Source: Nocardioides sp. | Lineage (GTDB): Bacteria; Actinomycetota; Actinomycetes; Propionibacteriales; Nocardioidaceae | Reading direction: 5' to 3' | Assembly (NCBI RefSeq): GCF_050699375.1 | Contig: NZ_JBOHDN010000104.1 | Coordinates: 1,151 to 65,150, forward strand | Length of the DNA stretch: 64,000 nt | Part shown: one piece after another, positions 19,523 through 29,298 of the stretch | Layout of the letters: each line of letters starts with the position of its first letter | Numbering within the stretch: position 1 is the first letter of the stretch | Notes under the pieces: generated by a model | The model's database searches: none | Told to the model about the DNA's origin: nothing | What the model saw: the letters and a program-made list of their open reading frames with translations, nothing else | Translations under genes and position numbers: made by a program

Positions 19523-20047
19523 GTGAGTGACCGCCACCGGATCCGCCCGGCCCGCACCGACGACGTGGCCCGCCTGCGTGAGATCGAGGTGGCCGCGGGT
19601 GTGGGTTTCCGTCATCTCGACATGGCCGCGATCGCCGACGACGACCCGCCCAGCGCCGAGGTGCTCGAGGACTACATCCTCGGCGGGCGGGCGTGGGTCG
19701 CGACCGAGGAAGCGGATCGACCGGTCGCCTATCTGGTCGCGGACACGGTCGACGACGCCGCTCACGTCGAGCAGGTCTCCGTCGACCCGAGGCATGCCCG
19801 TCTCGGACTGGGCGCGGCGCTCATCGACGAGGCGGAGAGCTGGGCTCGACATCACCGGCTCACCATGCTGACCCTGACGACGTTCGCCGAAGTGCCGTGG
19901 AACGCGCCCTACTATCAGCGACTGGGCTTTCGGGTCGTCCCGGGCGAGGACCTCGGCGATGGGCTGCGCCAGGTCCGCGACCACGAGGCCCATCTGGGCC
20001 TCGACCGCTGGCCCCGGGTGGCGATGTCTCGACCGGTGGCTCGGTGA
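19523..20047 (+). CDS. GNAT-family N-acetyltransferase
   Basis: ..VSVDPRHARLGLGAALIDEAESWAR.. acetyl-CoA binding motif. GTG 19523 with GAGGAG upstream preferred over TTG 19496. Confidence 0.8.
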   Translation: MSDRHRIRPARTDDVARLREIEVAAGVGFRHLDMAAIADDDPPSAEVLEDYILGGRAWVATEEADRPVAYLVADTVDDAAHVEQVSVDPRHARLGLGAALIDEAESWARHHRLTMLTLTTFAEVPWNAPYYQRLGFRVVPGEDLGDGLRQVRDHEAHLGLDRWPRVAMSRPVAR

Positions 20048-20102
20048 TCCGGTTTCCACGACGTGCCAAGAGCTGCCCGGCGGCCGGACTACTGTGGCGA
20101 AC

Positions 20103-20489
20103 ATGAGCATCCCGGTTGCGCTGCCCGATCTCGCTGAGGCACTCGAGCGGTTCGGCAGCGGTTTCCTGCTGACCACCGCGGGTGAGCGGATCAAGGTCGT
20201 GGTCGTGGACCCGGTCGTCGAGGGCTCGTCCTTGCGGATCTCGGATCCTGGCGGCGGCACCCGGGCCAACCTCTCCGCGAATCCACAGCTCACCCTGACG
20301 TACGCCCCGCTCACCCCGCGAGACTTCGCGCTGATCATCGACGGCACCGGTCGCGTCGAGGGCTCCGACGTGGTCGTCACGCCGACCGGTGCCGTGCTGC
20401 ATCGGCCGGCATCGCACGCCTCTGAGCCCGTCTCCGACGGCGGTTGCGGGCAGGACTGCCGGCCGGTCACCTCGTCGGATCTGCCCTGA
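20103..20489 (+). CDS. pyridoxamine 5'-phosphate oxidase-like (split-barrel) family protein
   Basis: 128 aa from the ATG at 20103. The sequence looks beta-rich and split-barrel-like; the family call is tentative. Confidence 0.5.
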   Translation: MSIPVALPDLAEALERFGSGFLLTTAGERIKVVVVDPVVEGSSLRISDPGGGTRANLSANPQLTLTYAPLTPRDFALIIDGTGRVEGSDVVVTPTGAVLHRPASHASEPVSDGGCGQDCRPVTSSDLP

Positions 20490-20502
20490 GGGAGGGATCC
20501 CG

Positions 20503-21144
20503 ATGCCCGATGACTGGCTGAACGACACCCGCGAGTCGTACGACACCGATGCCGCCGGCTACGCCGAGAAGGTGCGCGGTCTGCTGGACATGCATCCGTA
20601 TCTGCGCGCGGGCCTGGCGGTGTTCGCCGAGTCGGTGCGCGACTGCGGCGGGGCGGTGGCCGATGTCGGCTGCGGTCCGGGGTACGTCACCCGGCACCTC
20701 CACGACCTCGGGGTGGAGGCGTTCGGGATCGACCTCTCCCCCGAGATGGTCGCCATCGCTCGGCACGACCATCCTGATCTCGGGTTCGAGGTCGGGAGCA
20801 TGACGGACCTCCCGCTGGCCGACCGATCAGTCGGCGGCGTACTCGCGTTCTGGTCGGTGATCCACATTCCTGACCCCGCGGTGCCGGGGGTGTTCGAGGA
20901 GTTCCGGCGGGTGCTGCGTCCGGGCGGTCCGCTGCTGGTCGGGTTCCACGTCGGCGACGAAACCCGGCATTCGTCTACGGGATACGCCGGGCGCCCGATC
21001 AGCGTCGACTCCCATCGGCGCCGGCCCGAGACGGTCTCCCGTTGGCTGCGGGAGGCCGGGTTCACGATCGAGGCGGAGCTCGTCATTCGACCTGACGACG
21101 AGCTTCCCGGGGCGATCGTCTTCGCGCGGGCGCCGCAGGACTGA
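20503..21144 (+). CDS. class I SAM-dependent methyltransferase
   Basis: Motif I VADVGCGPGY and motif post-I. ATG 20503 preceded by GAGGGAGGG. Confidence 0.8.
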   Translation: MPDDWLNDTRESYDTDAAGYAEKVRGLLDMHPYLRAGLAVFAESVRDCGGAVADVGCGPGYVTRHLHDLGVEAFGIDLSPEMVAIARHDHPDLGFEVGSMTDLPLADRSVGGVLAFWSVIHIPDPAVPGVFEEFRRVLRPGGPLLVGFHVGDETRHSSTGYAGRPISVDSHRRRPETVSRWLREAGFTIEAELVIRPDDELPGAIVFARAPQD

Positions 21145-21175
21145 TCGGGCAGTCAGACCCGGCGGATCGACTCCC

Positions 21176-21922
21176 TCAGCGGCGTTCCCGCCGCCATTCC
21201 CGAAAGGTCTGCTGCCCGACCCGCCAGGCTCGCTTGGAGACCAGGTCGCCGTTGCGTACGGCCTTGGCGGCGGCGCCGAGCCCGAGCGGAACCGGGATGA
21301 TCGGCGAGGTCACGCCTCGGTCCTTCGCGACGGCCCTGATCATGTCGACCATCTCGAGCTGTTCGGGACCGGTCAGCTCGATGGTCGCGTGGTGAGGTTC
21401 GCCTGCGCCCAGCTCGACCAGAGCCTGGGCGACCTCGACCGCGGCAACGGGCGCCGAGAGCATCCTGGGTGCCATCAGGAAGGGGCCGACCTTGCCGCGT
21501 ACGAGCATCTGCTCGGCGAACTCGTGGAACTGGGTGGCGCGCAGGATCGTGTACGGCTGGCCGGCCTCACGCACGACGCGCTCCTGGGCGACCTTGCCCT
21601 GGTAGTAGCCGGTGGGGACCTTGTCGATGCCCACGATGGACAGGACGACGTGGTGGGCGACGCCGACCTTGCGCTCGGCCTCGATCATGTTGGTCGTCGT
21701 GGCGGTGAAGAAGTCACGGGACTCCTCGGCCTTCATCGAGTTGATGCTGATGCAGTCGATCAGCGCGTCGACGCCCTCGAGGCGCTCGACCAGGCCCGCC
21801 CCGGTCCTCAGGTCGGCGCCGGTGGAGCGGGCCAGGGGTACGACCTCGTGGCCGGCTTTCTCGAGCTCGGTGACGACGTGCGACCCGACGGCACCGGTGG
21901 CTCCGGCTACGGCGATCCTCAT
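21176..21922 (-). CDS. NmrA-like / atypical SDR NAD(P)H-binding oxidoreductase
   Basis: MRIAVAGATGAVGSHVV Rossmann start; 248 aa. Confidence 0.8.
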   Translation of the reverse strand: MRIAVAGATGAVGSHVVTELEKAGHEVVPLARSTGADLRTGAGLVERLEGVDALIDCISINSMKAEESRDFFTATTTNMIEAERKVGVAHHVVLSIVGIDKVPTGYYQGKVAQERVVREAGQPYTILRATQFHEFAEQMLVRGKVGPFLMAPRMLSAPVAAVEVAQALVELGAGEPHHATIELTGPEQLEMVDMIRAVAKDRGVTSPIIPVPLGLGAAAKAVRNGDLVSKRAWRVGQQTFREWRRERR

Positions 21923-21958
21923 GGTTCTTCCTCTTCTTCTTGTCGTCGGTTCTTCTGG

Positions 21959-22393
21959 TCAGCGGGCGGTGGTGGACGTGGCGCCCCGGCCGCGCGGTGG
22001 GATGAGGAGCGCGAGGGCGATCAGGACGGTCCCGCCGAGGGCGATCACGTTGGCGACCTTGTCGACGGTGTCGTACACGTGAAGGTGGTTCACGTGGTAC
22101 CAGAAGTGCGGGATCGAGAAGGTCACCCAGGCCGCCGCGACCAGCGCCGACTCGCGGTAGGTGCGCCAGACCAGCACCAGGACACCGGCGACGGCGAGCG
22201 CGAGGTAGAGGCTGCCGACGTCACGGATGAGGTGTTCGTTGAACGGCCCGTCGACTCCGACCCAGATCCGGTGGAATCCCGGGAAGGAGTCGTAGAAGGA
22301 CTGCGGCAGGAAGGTCGCCCAGACACCGACGTACCACGCTGTCAGGGTCAGGAACGCGAGGCCGATGATTCGAGTCTTTGAGATCACGGCCAT
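21959..22393 (-). CDS. hypothetical membrane protein (about 4 TM segments)
   Basis: ORF with hydrophobic segments. ATG 22393 preferred over the TTG at 22423. No family recognised. Confidence 0.5.
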   Translation of the reverse strand: MAVISKTRIIGLAFLTLTAWYVGVWATFLPQSFYDSFPGFHRIWVGVDGPFNEHLIRDVGSLYLALAVAGVLVLVWRTYRESALVAAAWVTFSIPHFWYHVNHLHVYDTVDKVANVIALGGTVLIALALLIPPRGRGATSTTAR

Positions 22394-22570
22394 AGGACCC
22401 CGGAGGCCTGTCGGATGTGACAACCCGGAGTGTGGAGGCTCGGGTCACGCCGGAGCCCAGAACGCTTGACAGGCTCCGGACTGCGGAGCAACGTGGCTTT
22501 TGACCATGGAGGCCTACGACAGGGGCGCACCGAGAGTCGCGACTTCCTTGTCGATCGAGGAGGCACGGGC

Positions 22571-24019
22571 ATGACGGACAATAAGCCCACGACCACGGAC
22601 GCGGGGGTCCCGGTCGCTAGCGACGAGCACTCGCTCACGGTCGGACCGGACGGGCCGATCCTGCTTCAGGACCACTACCTGATCGAGCAGATGGCGCAGT
22701 TCAACAGAGAGCGGATCCCGGAGCGACAGCCGCATGCGAAGGGCGGTGGCGCGTTCGGCCGGTTCGAGGTCACCGGCGACGTCAGCGCCTACACCAAGGC
22801 CGCCGTCTTCCAGCCCGGGAGCACGACGGACCTGCTGGCGCGGTTCTCGACTGTCGCCGGCGAGCGAGGCAGCCCCGACACGTGGCGTGACCCCCGCGGG
22901 TTCGCGCTGAAGTTCTACACCAGCGAGGGCAACTTCGACCTGGTCGGCAACAACACGCCGGTGTTCTTCATCCGCGACCCGATGAAGTTCCAGCACTTCA
23001 TCCGGTCCCAGAAGCGACGCGCCGCGAACAACCTGCGTGACCACGACATGCAGTGGGACTTCTGGACCCTCTCCCCGGAGTCGGCCCACCAGGTGACCTG
23101 GCTGATGGGCGACCGCGGGATCCCGAAGAGCTGGCGCCACATGAACGGCTACTCCAGCCACACCTACCTGTGGGTCAACGCCGGGGGCGATCGGTTCTGG
23201 GTGAAATACCACTTCAAGACAGACCAGGGCATCGAGTTCCTCACCCAGGACGAAGCCGACCACCTGGCCGGGGCGGACGGCGACTACCACCAGCGCGACC
23301 TCTACGACTCGATCGAGGCCGGCAACCATCCGTCATGGACGCTGCACATGCAGATCATGCCGTTCGAGGACGCCACCACCTACCGGTTCAACCCGTTCGA
23401 CCTCACGAAGGTGTGGCCGCACGGCGACTACCCACTGGTCGAGGTCGGCAAGATGACGCTGGACCGCAACGTCGCCGACTATCACGCCGAGATGGAGCAG
23501 GCCGCGTTCCAGCCGAACAACCTCGTCCCCGGCACCGGCCTGAGTCCCGACAAGATGCTGCTGGCCCGCGGGTTCTCCTACGCCGACGCGCACCGCGCAC
23601 GGCTCGGCACCAACTACCAGCAGATCCCGGTCAACCAGCCGAAGGCGCCGGTGCACAGCTATTCCAAGGACGGCGCGATGCGGATGCAGAACGTCTCGGA
23701 CCCGGTCTACGCACCGAACTCGTACGGCGGTCCGCAGGCCGACCCGGAGCGCTACCCGGAGACCGCGGTGTGGGCCAGCGACGGCGAGATGGTGCGGTCG
23801 GCCTACACGTTGCGTTCGGATGATGACGACTGGGGTCAGGCCGGCACCCTCGTACGCGAGGTGCTGGATGACGCGGCTCGGGACCGTCTGGTCTCGAACA
23901 TCGTCGGCCACCTCTCGGACGGCGTCTCGCCCCAGGTCCTGGCCCGAGCCGTCGAGTATTGGCGGAACGTCGACAAGACCCTCGGCGACCGGATCGCGGC
24001 GGGAGTCAACGGCAACTGA
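22571..24019 (+). CDS. katA: monofunctional heme catalase (482 aa)
   Basis: ..[33 protein letters not shown].., ..[12 protein letters not shown].., ..[12 protein letters not shown]... ATG 22571 with GAGGAGG upstream. Confidence 0.9.
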   Translation: MTDNKPTTTDAGVPVASDEHSLTVGPDGPILLQDHYLIEQMAQFNRERIPERQPHAKGGGAFGRFEVTGDVSAYTKAAVFQPGSTTDLLARFSTVAGERGSPDTWRDPRGFALKFYTSEGNFDLVGNNTPVFFIRDPMKFQHFIRSQKRRAANNLRDHDMQWDFWTLSPESAHQVTWLMGDRGIPKSWRHMNGYSSHTYLWVNAGGDRFWVKYHFKTDQGIEFLTQDEADHLAGADGDYHQRDLYDSIEAGNHPSWTLHMQIMPFEDATTYRFNPFDLTKVWPHGDYPLVEVGKMTLDRNVADYHAEMEQAAFQPNNLVPGTGLSPDKMLLARGFSYADAHRARLGTNYQQIPVNQPKAPVHSYSKDGAMRMQNVSDPVYAPNSYGGPQADPERYPETAVWASDGEMVRSAYTLRSDDDDWGQAGTLVREVLDDAARDRLVSNIVGHLSDGVSPQVLARAVEYWRNVDKTLGDRIAAGVNGN

Positions 24020-24089
24020 CCTTGCGTCTGCGCCAGCGGACCACCGGTCGCGGTATTCGTGTCAATGAAGCTCGCCCCTTCGGGGGCAG

Positions 24090-24683
24090 CTAGTCGAGCG
24101 CGCGCAGCACCAGCTTCACCGCGCGGTCGCCGCCAGCCGGATGCACGTAGGCCGCGTGCGCGGCCGCAACTATCGCGGCCAGGTCTCGTTCATCAATCTC
24201 CTCATGTACTGCGCCCGCCTGACGAGCGCGGTCCAGCAGGTCGCCCATCACACGTTCGAGCTCGGCGACCGGCCCTGCCATGGCCGCGTTCAGGTCGTCG
24301 GCGCCGGCCTGAAGCCGAGCGGCGAGCTCGTGGGCGGCCGCACCCTCCGTGACCAGGTGCATCAGAAAGTCCCGCAAAGCTCCGCCGACATCCTCCGATT
24401 GGGCGTAGGCCGCTGCCGCGACGACGAGTTCCTCCACTGCCGCTGCGAGCACCGTGTCCACAAGCTCGGCCTTGGTCGCGAAGTGCCGGTGGACAGTGCC
24501 CGCGCCGACCCCGGCTCGCCTGGCTATCTCGTCCAGGGATACGTCGAGCCCCTCGGACGCGAATGCCTCACGGGCCGCCGCCACCACCTTGGCGCGGTTG
24601 ACGAATGCGTCGGAGCGAAGTGCTCTCGTTGAAGCGGGGCGTGCGCCCCGGTTAGAGTGGCTCACGCCCCCATCCTTCCCCAT
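24090..24683 (-). CDS. TetR/AcrR-family transcriptional regulator
   Basis: HTH ..VSLDEIARRAGVGAGTVHRHFATKAEL... The start may instead be GTG at 24665. Confidence 0.8.
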   Translation of the reverse strand: MGKDGGVSHSNRGARPASTRALRSDAFVNRAKVVAAAREAFASEGLDVSLDEIARRAGVGAGTVHRHFATKAELVDTVLAAAVEELVVAAAAYAQSEDVGGALRDFLMHLVTEGAAAHELAARLQAGADDLNAAMAGPVAELERVMGDLLDRARQAGAVHEEIDERDLAAIVAAAHAAYVHPAGGDRAVKLVLRALD

Positions 24684-24702
24684 CCGGCGCTCAGGAGCTC
24701 AG

Positions 24703-25101
24703 ATGCCACTCACCACCACAGACCGGGTCGCGATCCACGAGCTTGTCTCGCTGCACGGGCACCTCGCGGACGACCGGCGGGCCGGTGATCTCGGCCTGCT
24801 GCTGACACCCGACGCATCGTACGACGTGACCGCATATGGCCTGGGCGTCGTCCGCGGCCTCCCAGCGCTGATCGAACTGTTCTCGTCAGCGCCGGGAGAG
24901 CAACCCGTTGGACATCACGTAACCAACGTGGTCGTGACAGAGGACCCCGTGAGAGACGACCGTGCCCGGGTGCGCTCGAAGGGGTTCTCAGTGATGGCAG
25001 ACGGCCGGGCGGGCACGGTCGTCTACGAGGACGACGTGTCGCTCACGGTCGACGGCTGGCGGATCGGGTCTCGCACCGTCGTGCCCGCCCGTTCAATCTG
25101 A
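24703..25101 (+). CDS. SnoaL-like / NTF2-fold protein
   Basis: 132 aa from ATG 24703 (AGGAG upstream). ..IHELVSLHGHLADD.. pattern typical of SnoaL_4-like proteins; divergent from the TetR gene. Confidence 0.55.
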   Translation: MPLTTTDRVAIHELVSLHGHLADDRRAGDLGLLLTPDASYDVTAYGLGVVRGLPALIELFSSAPGEQPVGHHVTNVVVTEDPVRDDRARVRSKGFSVMADGRAGTVVYEDDVSLTVDGWRIGSRTVVPARSI

Positions 25102-25201
25102 AGTCAGGTACGCACGCCCGTCACCGGCCGACGACACGCAGTTTGTTGGACAACGAGAAGGAACTTTCGATGTTCGCTCCACCTCGACAACGACGACAGG
25201 G

Positions 25202-26638
25202 TCAGTGGGCCATGTCGACGAAGCGGCTGTAGTGGCCCTGGAACGCGACGACGAGGTCGCGAGTCGGTCCGTTTCGGTGCTTGGCGATGATCACGTCGGC
25301 CTCGCCGGGGCGGGTCGACTCCTTCTCGTAGACGTCGTCGCGGTGGAGGAGGACGACCATGTCCGCGTCCTGCTCCAGCGATCCCGACTCACGAAGGTCG
25401 GAGACCGCGGGGCGCTTGTCGGAGCGCTGCTCGGAACCACGGTTGAGCTGCGACAACGCGATGATCGGCACCTCGAGCTCCTTGGCCAGCAGCTTGATCT
25501 GGCGGGAGAACTCCGAGACCTCGAGCTGGCGGGACTCGACCTTCTTGCCCGAGCTCATCAGCTGGAGATAGTCGATGACGATCAGCTTGAGATCATGGCG
25601 CTGCTTGAGGCGGCGGGCCTTGGAGCGGATCTCCATCATCGTCATGTTGGGGCTGTCGTCGATGAACATCGGCGCGCTGGAGACCTCGCCCATCTTGCGG
25701 GCCAGCTTGTTCCAGTCATCGTCGGACATGTTGCCGTTGCGGATGTGGTTGAGCGGCACCTTCGCCTCGGCTGAGAGGAGGCGCATGGTGATCTCGGAGC
25801 GGCTCATCTCCAGGCTGAAGAAGACGCTGGTCAGGTTGTTGTGGATCGAGGCCGCGCGGCAGAAGTCCAAGGCAAGCGTCGATTTCCCCATAGCCGGGCG
25901 GGCCGCGACGATGATCATCTGGCCGGAGTGGAAGCCGTTGGTGAGCTCGTCGAAGTCGGCGAAGCCGGTCGGGACACCGTAGAGGCCCGCCTCACGGTTG
26001 GAGATCGCCTCGATCTCGTCGAGGACGCCGTCCATGATGTCGGCGAGCGGAGAGTAGTCCTCCCCCGAACGCTTGTCGGTGAGCTTGAAGACCTCGGCCT
26101 GGGCCTCGTCGACGATGTTGTCGACCTCGCCCTCACCGGCGTAGCCGATCTGCACGATCTTGGTGCCGGCCTCGACCAGGCGGCGCAGGACCGACTTCTC
26201 GCGGACGATCTCGCCGTAGTAGCCCGCGTTGGCCGCGATCGGGACGTTGGAGGCGAGCGTGTGCAGGTAAGGGGCGCCGCCGATGCGGTCGAGCTCGGCC
26301 TTCCGGCGCAGCTCGTCAGCGACGGTGACCATGTCGGCGGGCTCGCCTCGACCGTAGAGGTCGATGATCGCGTCATAGATCGTCTCGTGCATCGGGCGGT
26401 AGAAGTCGGCACCGCGCAAGGTCTCGGAGACGTCGGCGATCGCATCCTTCGAGATCAGCATCGAGCCGAGGACGGCCTGTTCCGCGGCCATGTCCTGCGG
26501 CGGCGTACGGTCGTTGGTCGCACGGGGGGCGTTGCCCGGTTCGTACGGAGCGGGGCCGTCGCCCCATTCCTCGAACGGTGGCTCCGGGAAGTCGCCCCGA
26601 CCGTTCGTCGAGCCGGTCTCGGTGACGCTCACTCCCAT
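25202..26638 (-). CDS. dnaB: replicative DNA helicase DnaB (no intein)
   Basis: 478 aa. PPQDMAAEQAVLGSML.., Walker A ARPAMGKST, ..IDYLQLM.., ..LSQLNR... Confidence 0.95.
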   Translation of the reverse strand: MGVSVTETGSTNGRGDFPEPPFEEWGDGPAPYEPGNAPRATNDRTPPQDMAAEQAVLGSMLISKDAIADVSETLRGADFYRPMHETIYDAIIDLYGRGEPADMVTVADELRRKAELDRIGGAPYLHTLASNVPIAANAGYYGEIVREKSVLRRLVEAGTKIVQIGYAGEGEVDNIVDEAQAEVFKLTDKRSGEDYSPLADIMDGVLDEIEAISNREAGLYGVPTGFADFDELTNGFHSGQMIIVAARPAMGKSTLALDFCRAASIHNNLTSVFFSLEMSRSEITMRLLSAEAKVPLNHIRNGNMSDDDWNKLARKMGEVSSAPMFIDDSPNMTMMEIRSKARRLKQRHDLKLIVIDYLQLMSSGKKVESRQLEVSEFSRQIKLLAKELEVPIIALSQLNRGSEQRSDKRPAVSDLRESGSLEQDADMVVLLHRDDVYEKESTRPGEADVIIAKHRNGPTRDLVVAFQGHYSRFVDMAH

Positions 26639-26790
26639 GCCCCCTCTGTGTCTGCGGATCGTCGATCCGGGTTGCGACTCACGGTACGGACGAGCACCGA
26701 CAGTCTGTGCGGTGAGCAGGCCGGGCCGACCCTCGACGATGCCTCAAGTCTCCGCGACCCTACGTCGCGAGCCGCATCGGCGACAGCAGG

Positions 26791-27047
26791 TTATCCACAG
26801 GCCATGTGGATAACCGGGGGATAGCGGTGGACGACACCCCGGTCACTGTGAACAGCCTGGGGAGGCGGCTGTGCATAACTGTTGACTCCCGACAGTAAAT
26901 GCACTCCTGACCTGCTATTTTGCTTTCCACGTGCTGTGGACGAAAGAAAGTTCGTTGACCATTCAGGTTCCCCGCCGAGACAGCGTTACGTCTCCGGGCG
27001 TTTTGTCGACATAGCGGTCCAGCGACGTTTTCCACAGGTTTTCCACC
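26791..27047. promoter_or_regulatory. cluster of DnaA-box-like 9-mers in the 470-bp dnaB upstream region
   Basis: TTATCCACA (26791-26799) and its inverted copy TGTGGATAA (26805-26813). CTTTCCACG (26923-26931) faces TGTGGACGA (26935-26943). Also TTGTCGACA (27003-27011), TTTTCCACA (27028-27036) and TTTTCCACC (27039-27047). The local sequence is AT-richer than the flanks. Confidence 0.5.
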
Positions 27048-27107
27048 TGGCCTGGGAGGGGCGTCCGTCCTTCTCCGCGGGATCGGCGTCGGCGGCCTGG
27101 ACCGACG

Positions 27108-28481
27108 GTGTTTAACCTTGAGACCGTGACGACCCCGGCGGATGCGAACACCCCCTCGAAGACGGACCGCCGAGGCCTCGACAAGGAGATCTGGCGGCTC
27201 GCGATCCCGGCGTTCCTGGCCCTGGTCGCCGAGCCGCTCTTCCTGCTGACGGACTCTGCGATCGTCGGTCACCTCGGCACCCGCGAGCTCGCCGGCCTCG
27301 GGGTCGCCGGCGTCGTGCTCCAGACGATCGTCGGTCTCTGCGTCTTCCTCGCCTACGGCACGACAGCTTCCGTCGCCCGCCGTATCGGCGCGGGCGACAC
27401 CCAGGGCGCGCTTCGTCAGGGGATCGACGGAATCTGGCTCGCCGTCCTCATCGGGGTCATCGTCACGGTCCCGGTGATGGTTCTCGCCGAACCACTCAGC
27501 CGAGCCGTCGGCGCGGGCGACGAGGTGGTCGGCCCGGCAACCACCTACCTCCGGATCGCCGTCCTCGGTGTGACACCGCTGCTGATGATGCTGGCCGCCA
27601 CCGGTGTGCTCCGCGGTCTGCAGGACACCCGGACGCCGCTGGTGGCCGCGGTCGTCGGCAACCTGCTCAACATCGTGCTCAACCTCGCCCTCGTCTATGG
27701 CGCCGGGCTCGGGATCGCCGGCTCGGCGATCGGCTCGGTGATCGCCCAGGTGCTGGCGGCCGGGCTGCTGACGTACGTCGTCGTGCGGGCCGCGCGCAAG
27801 CAGGACGCACCGCTGCGCCCCGACCTGCCGGGGATCCGGGCGGCCGCACGGGCCGGGGTCGCGCTGGTGGTCCGCACCCTGACCCTGCGAGTGGCGCTGC
27901 TCGTCACGACGTACGCCGTCACCCATCTCGCCGTCGGTGACCAGGCCGTCGGGCTGGCGACCCATCAGATCGCCTTCACGCTGTGGACCTTCCTGGCGTT
28001 CGTGCTGGACGCGATCGCGATCGCCGCACAGGCGCTCACCGGGCGATCGCTAGGAGCCGCTGACACCTCCGAGACCCGGGCCATCACAGCCCGGATGGTG
28101 TGGTGGGGCGTCGTGATCGGGGTCGGGGCCGGCGTACTTCTGGCTTCTCTCTCGCCGTTCCTCGGCGCCATCTTCACCCAGGATCAGGCGGTGCGCGATC
28201 TGTTGGTGCCGGTGGTGATCGTTGCTGCCATCGCCCAGCCGATCGCGGGAGTGGTCTTCGTGCTCGACGGGGTGCTCATCGGCGCGGGCGACGGCCGCTA
28301 TCTCGCCTGGGGCGGGATCTGGACGCTGGTCGCCTACACACCGCTGGTCGCCCTCGCCGTAGCCCTCGGCGGTGGGCTCGTGTGGGTCTGGATCACGTTC
28401 GCGATCGGCTTCATGGGGGCGCGCTTCGTGGTGCTGACCCTCCGGGCGCGCTCGGACCGCTGGCTGGTCACCGGGGTCTGA
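27108..28481 (+). CDS. MATE-family efflux transporter
   Basis: 457 aa, 12 hydrophobic segments, ..EIWRLAIPAFLALVAEPLFLLTDSAIVGHLG.. typical MATE N-terminus. Confidence 0.85.
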   Translation: MFNLETVTTPADANTPSKTDRRGLDKEIWRLAIPAFLALVAEPLFLLTDSAIVGHLGTRELAGLGVAGVVLQTIVGLCVFLAYGTTASVARRIGAGDTQGALRQGIDGIWLAVLIGVIVTVPVMVLAEPLSRAVGAGDEVVGPATTYLRIAVLGVTPLLMMLAATGVLRGLQDTRTPLVAAVVGNLLNIVLNLALVYGAGLGIAGSAIGSVIAQVLAAGLLTYVVVRAARKQDAPLRPDLPGIRAAARAGVALVVRTLTLRVALLVTTYAVTHLAVGDQAVGLATHQIAFTLWTFLAFVLDAIAIAAQALTGRSLGAADTSETRAITARMVWWGVVIGVGAGVLLASLSPFLGAIFTQDQAVRDLLVPVVIVAAIAQPIAGVVFVLDGVLIGAGDGRYLAWGGIWTLVAYTPLVALAVALGGGLVWVWITFAIGFMGARFVVLTLRARSDRWLVTGV

Positions 28482-28512
28482 GAACCAGCGCCCCGGCGAC
28501 CAGCCAGATCGA

Positions 28513-29184
28513 TCACGGGTTGCTGGTGACCTGAATCGGGTTGTTGGCCGCGTCGTCGGCGGTGACCGCGTACGTCGCCGCGAAGGAGACCTGGTCGCCG
28601 TTCGCGATCCCGGCCGTGCCGCACAGGAATCCCGACACGTTGGACAGCGTCAGCGTGGGCTCGGCACCCGGGAGGGTGAGCGTCCCCGACGAGTCGCCGT
28701 TGGCGTAGGCGCCGGCCACGGAGCCGGTCGCGTCGAACGAGCAGCCGGATCCGCTGACTGAGGCGGAGATCCCGCTGATGGTGCCCGCGGTGGAACCGTT
28801 GGCGTCGGTGTCGCCGGTGGCGTCCAGCGACCAGGTGCCCGATCCGGTGACCGTGAACTCGATGCCCGCCGGTCCGGTGCAGTCGGAGAACGTGACGCTG
28901 GAGCCGTCGAGGCCGGCGATCCCGGTGCCGCTGAGGCCCTCGCCGACGACCGCGGAGCCCGCGATCGTGCTGCCGGCACAGGTGACCGAGGATCCTGCGG
29001 TCTCGTCATTGAAAGTGATGCCAGTCCCCTGCGCACCGAAGGCGACACTCGATCCGGCGGCCGCGGATCCGGCGCTGAGGTTGTAGCTGGAGGCTGCGAA
29101 CGCTGCTGGGGAGGCGAGTCCGATCGCGGCGACGGCTGCGACGGGTACGACGGTGAATCTGGCCAGCTTGGACATGCTTGACAT
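28513..29184 (-). CDS. secreted Gly/Ser/Thr/Ala-rich protein of unknown function
   Basis: ATG 29184 with GGAGCG upstream. Signal peptide MSSMSKLARFTVVPVAAVAAIGLASPAAFA followed by a beta-rich low-complexity body with four Cys. Confidence 0.6.
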   Translation of the reverse strand: MSSMSKLARFTVVPVAAVAAIGLASPAAFAASSYNLSAGSAAAGSSVAFGAQGTGITFNDETAGSSVTCAGSTIAGSAVVGEGLSGTGIAGLDGSSVTFSDCTGPAGIEFTVTGSGTWSLDATGDTDANGSTAGTISGISASVSGSGCSFDATGSVAGAYANGDSSGTLTLPGAEPTLTLSNVSGFLCGTAGIANGDQVSFAATYAVTADDAANNPIQVTSNP

Positions 29185-29298
29185 GACACGCTCCTCTGGT
29201 GGTGGGGTGGCCGATGAATCTCGGCCACCGATCACGCTAAGAGGGTTGGGCACCTTGCGGATCCGACTCTGTAAGGGACCAGCACTATTTCGTTCATA

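Noticed and set aside
25202-26638. Intein in DnaB (common in actinobacterial dnaB)
   Set aside because: The protein is 478 aa and the helicase motifs are contiguous, so no insertion is present.
26640-27107. Possibility that the DnaA-box cluster is the chromosomal origin (oriC)
   Set aside because: No dnaA, dnaN, rpmH or rnpA is adjacent. The box number is modest, and actinobacterial oriC normally lies between dnaA and dnaN. The region is kept as a regulatory or titration candidate only.
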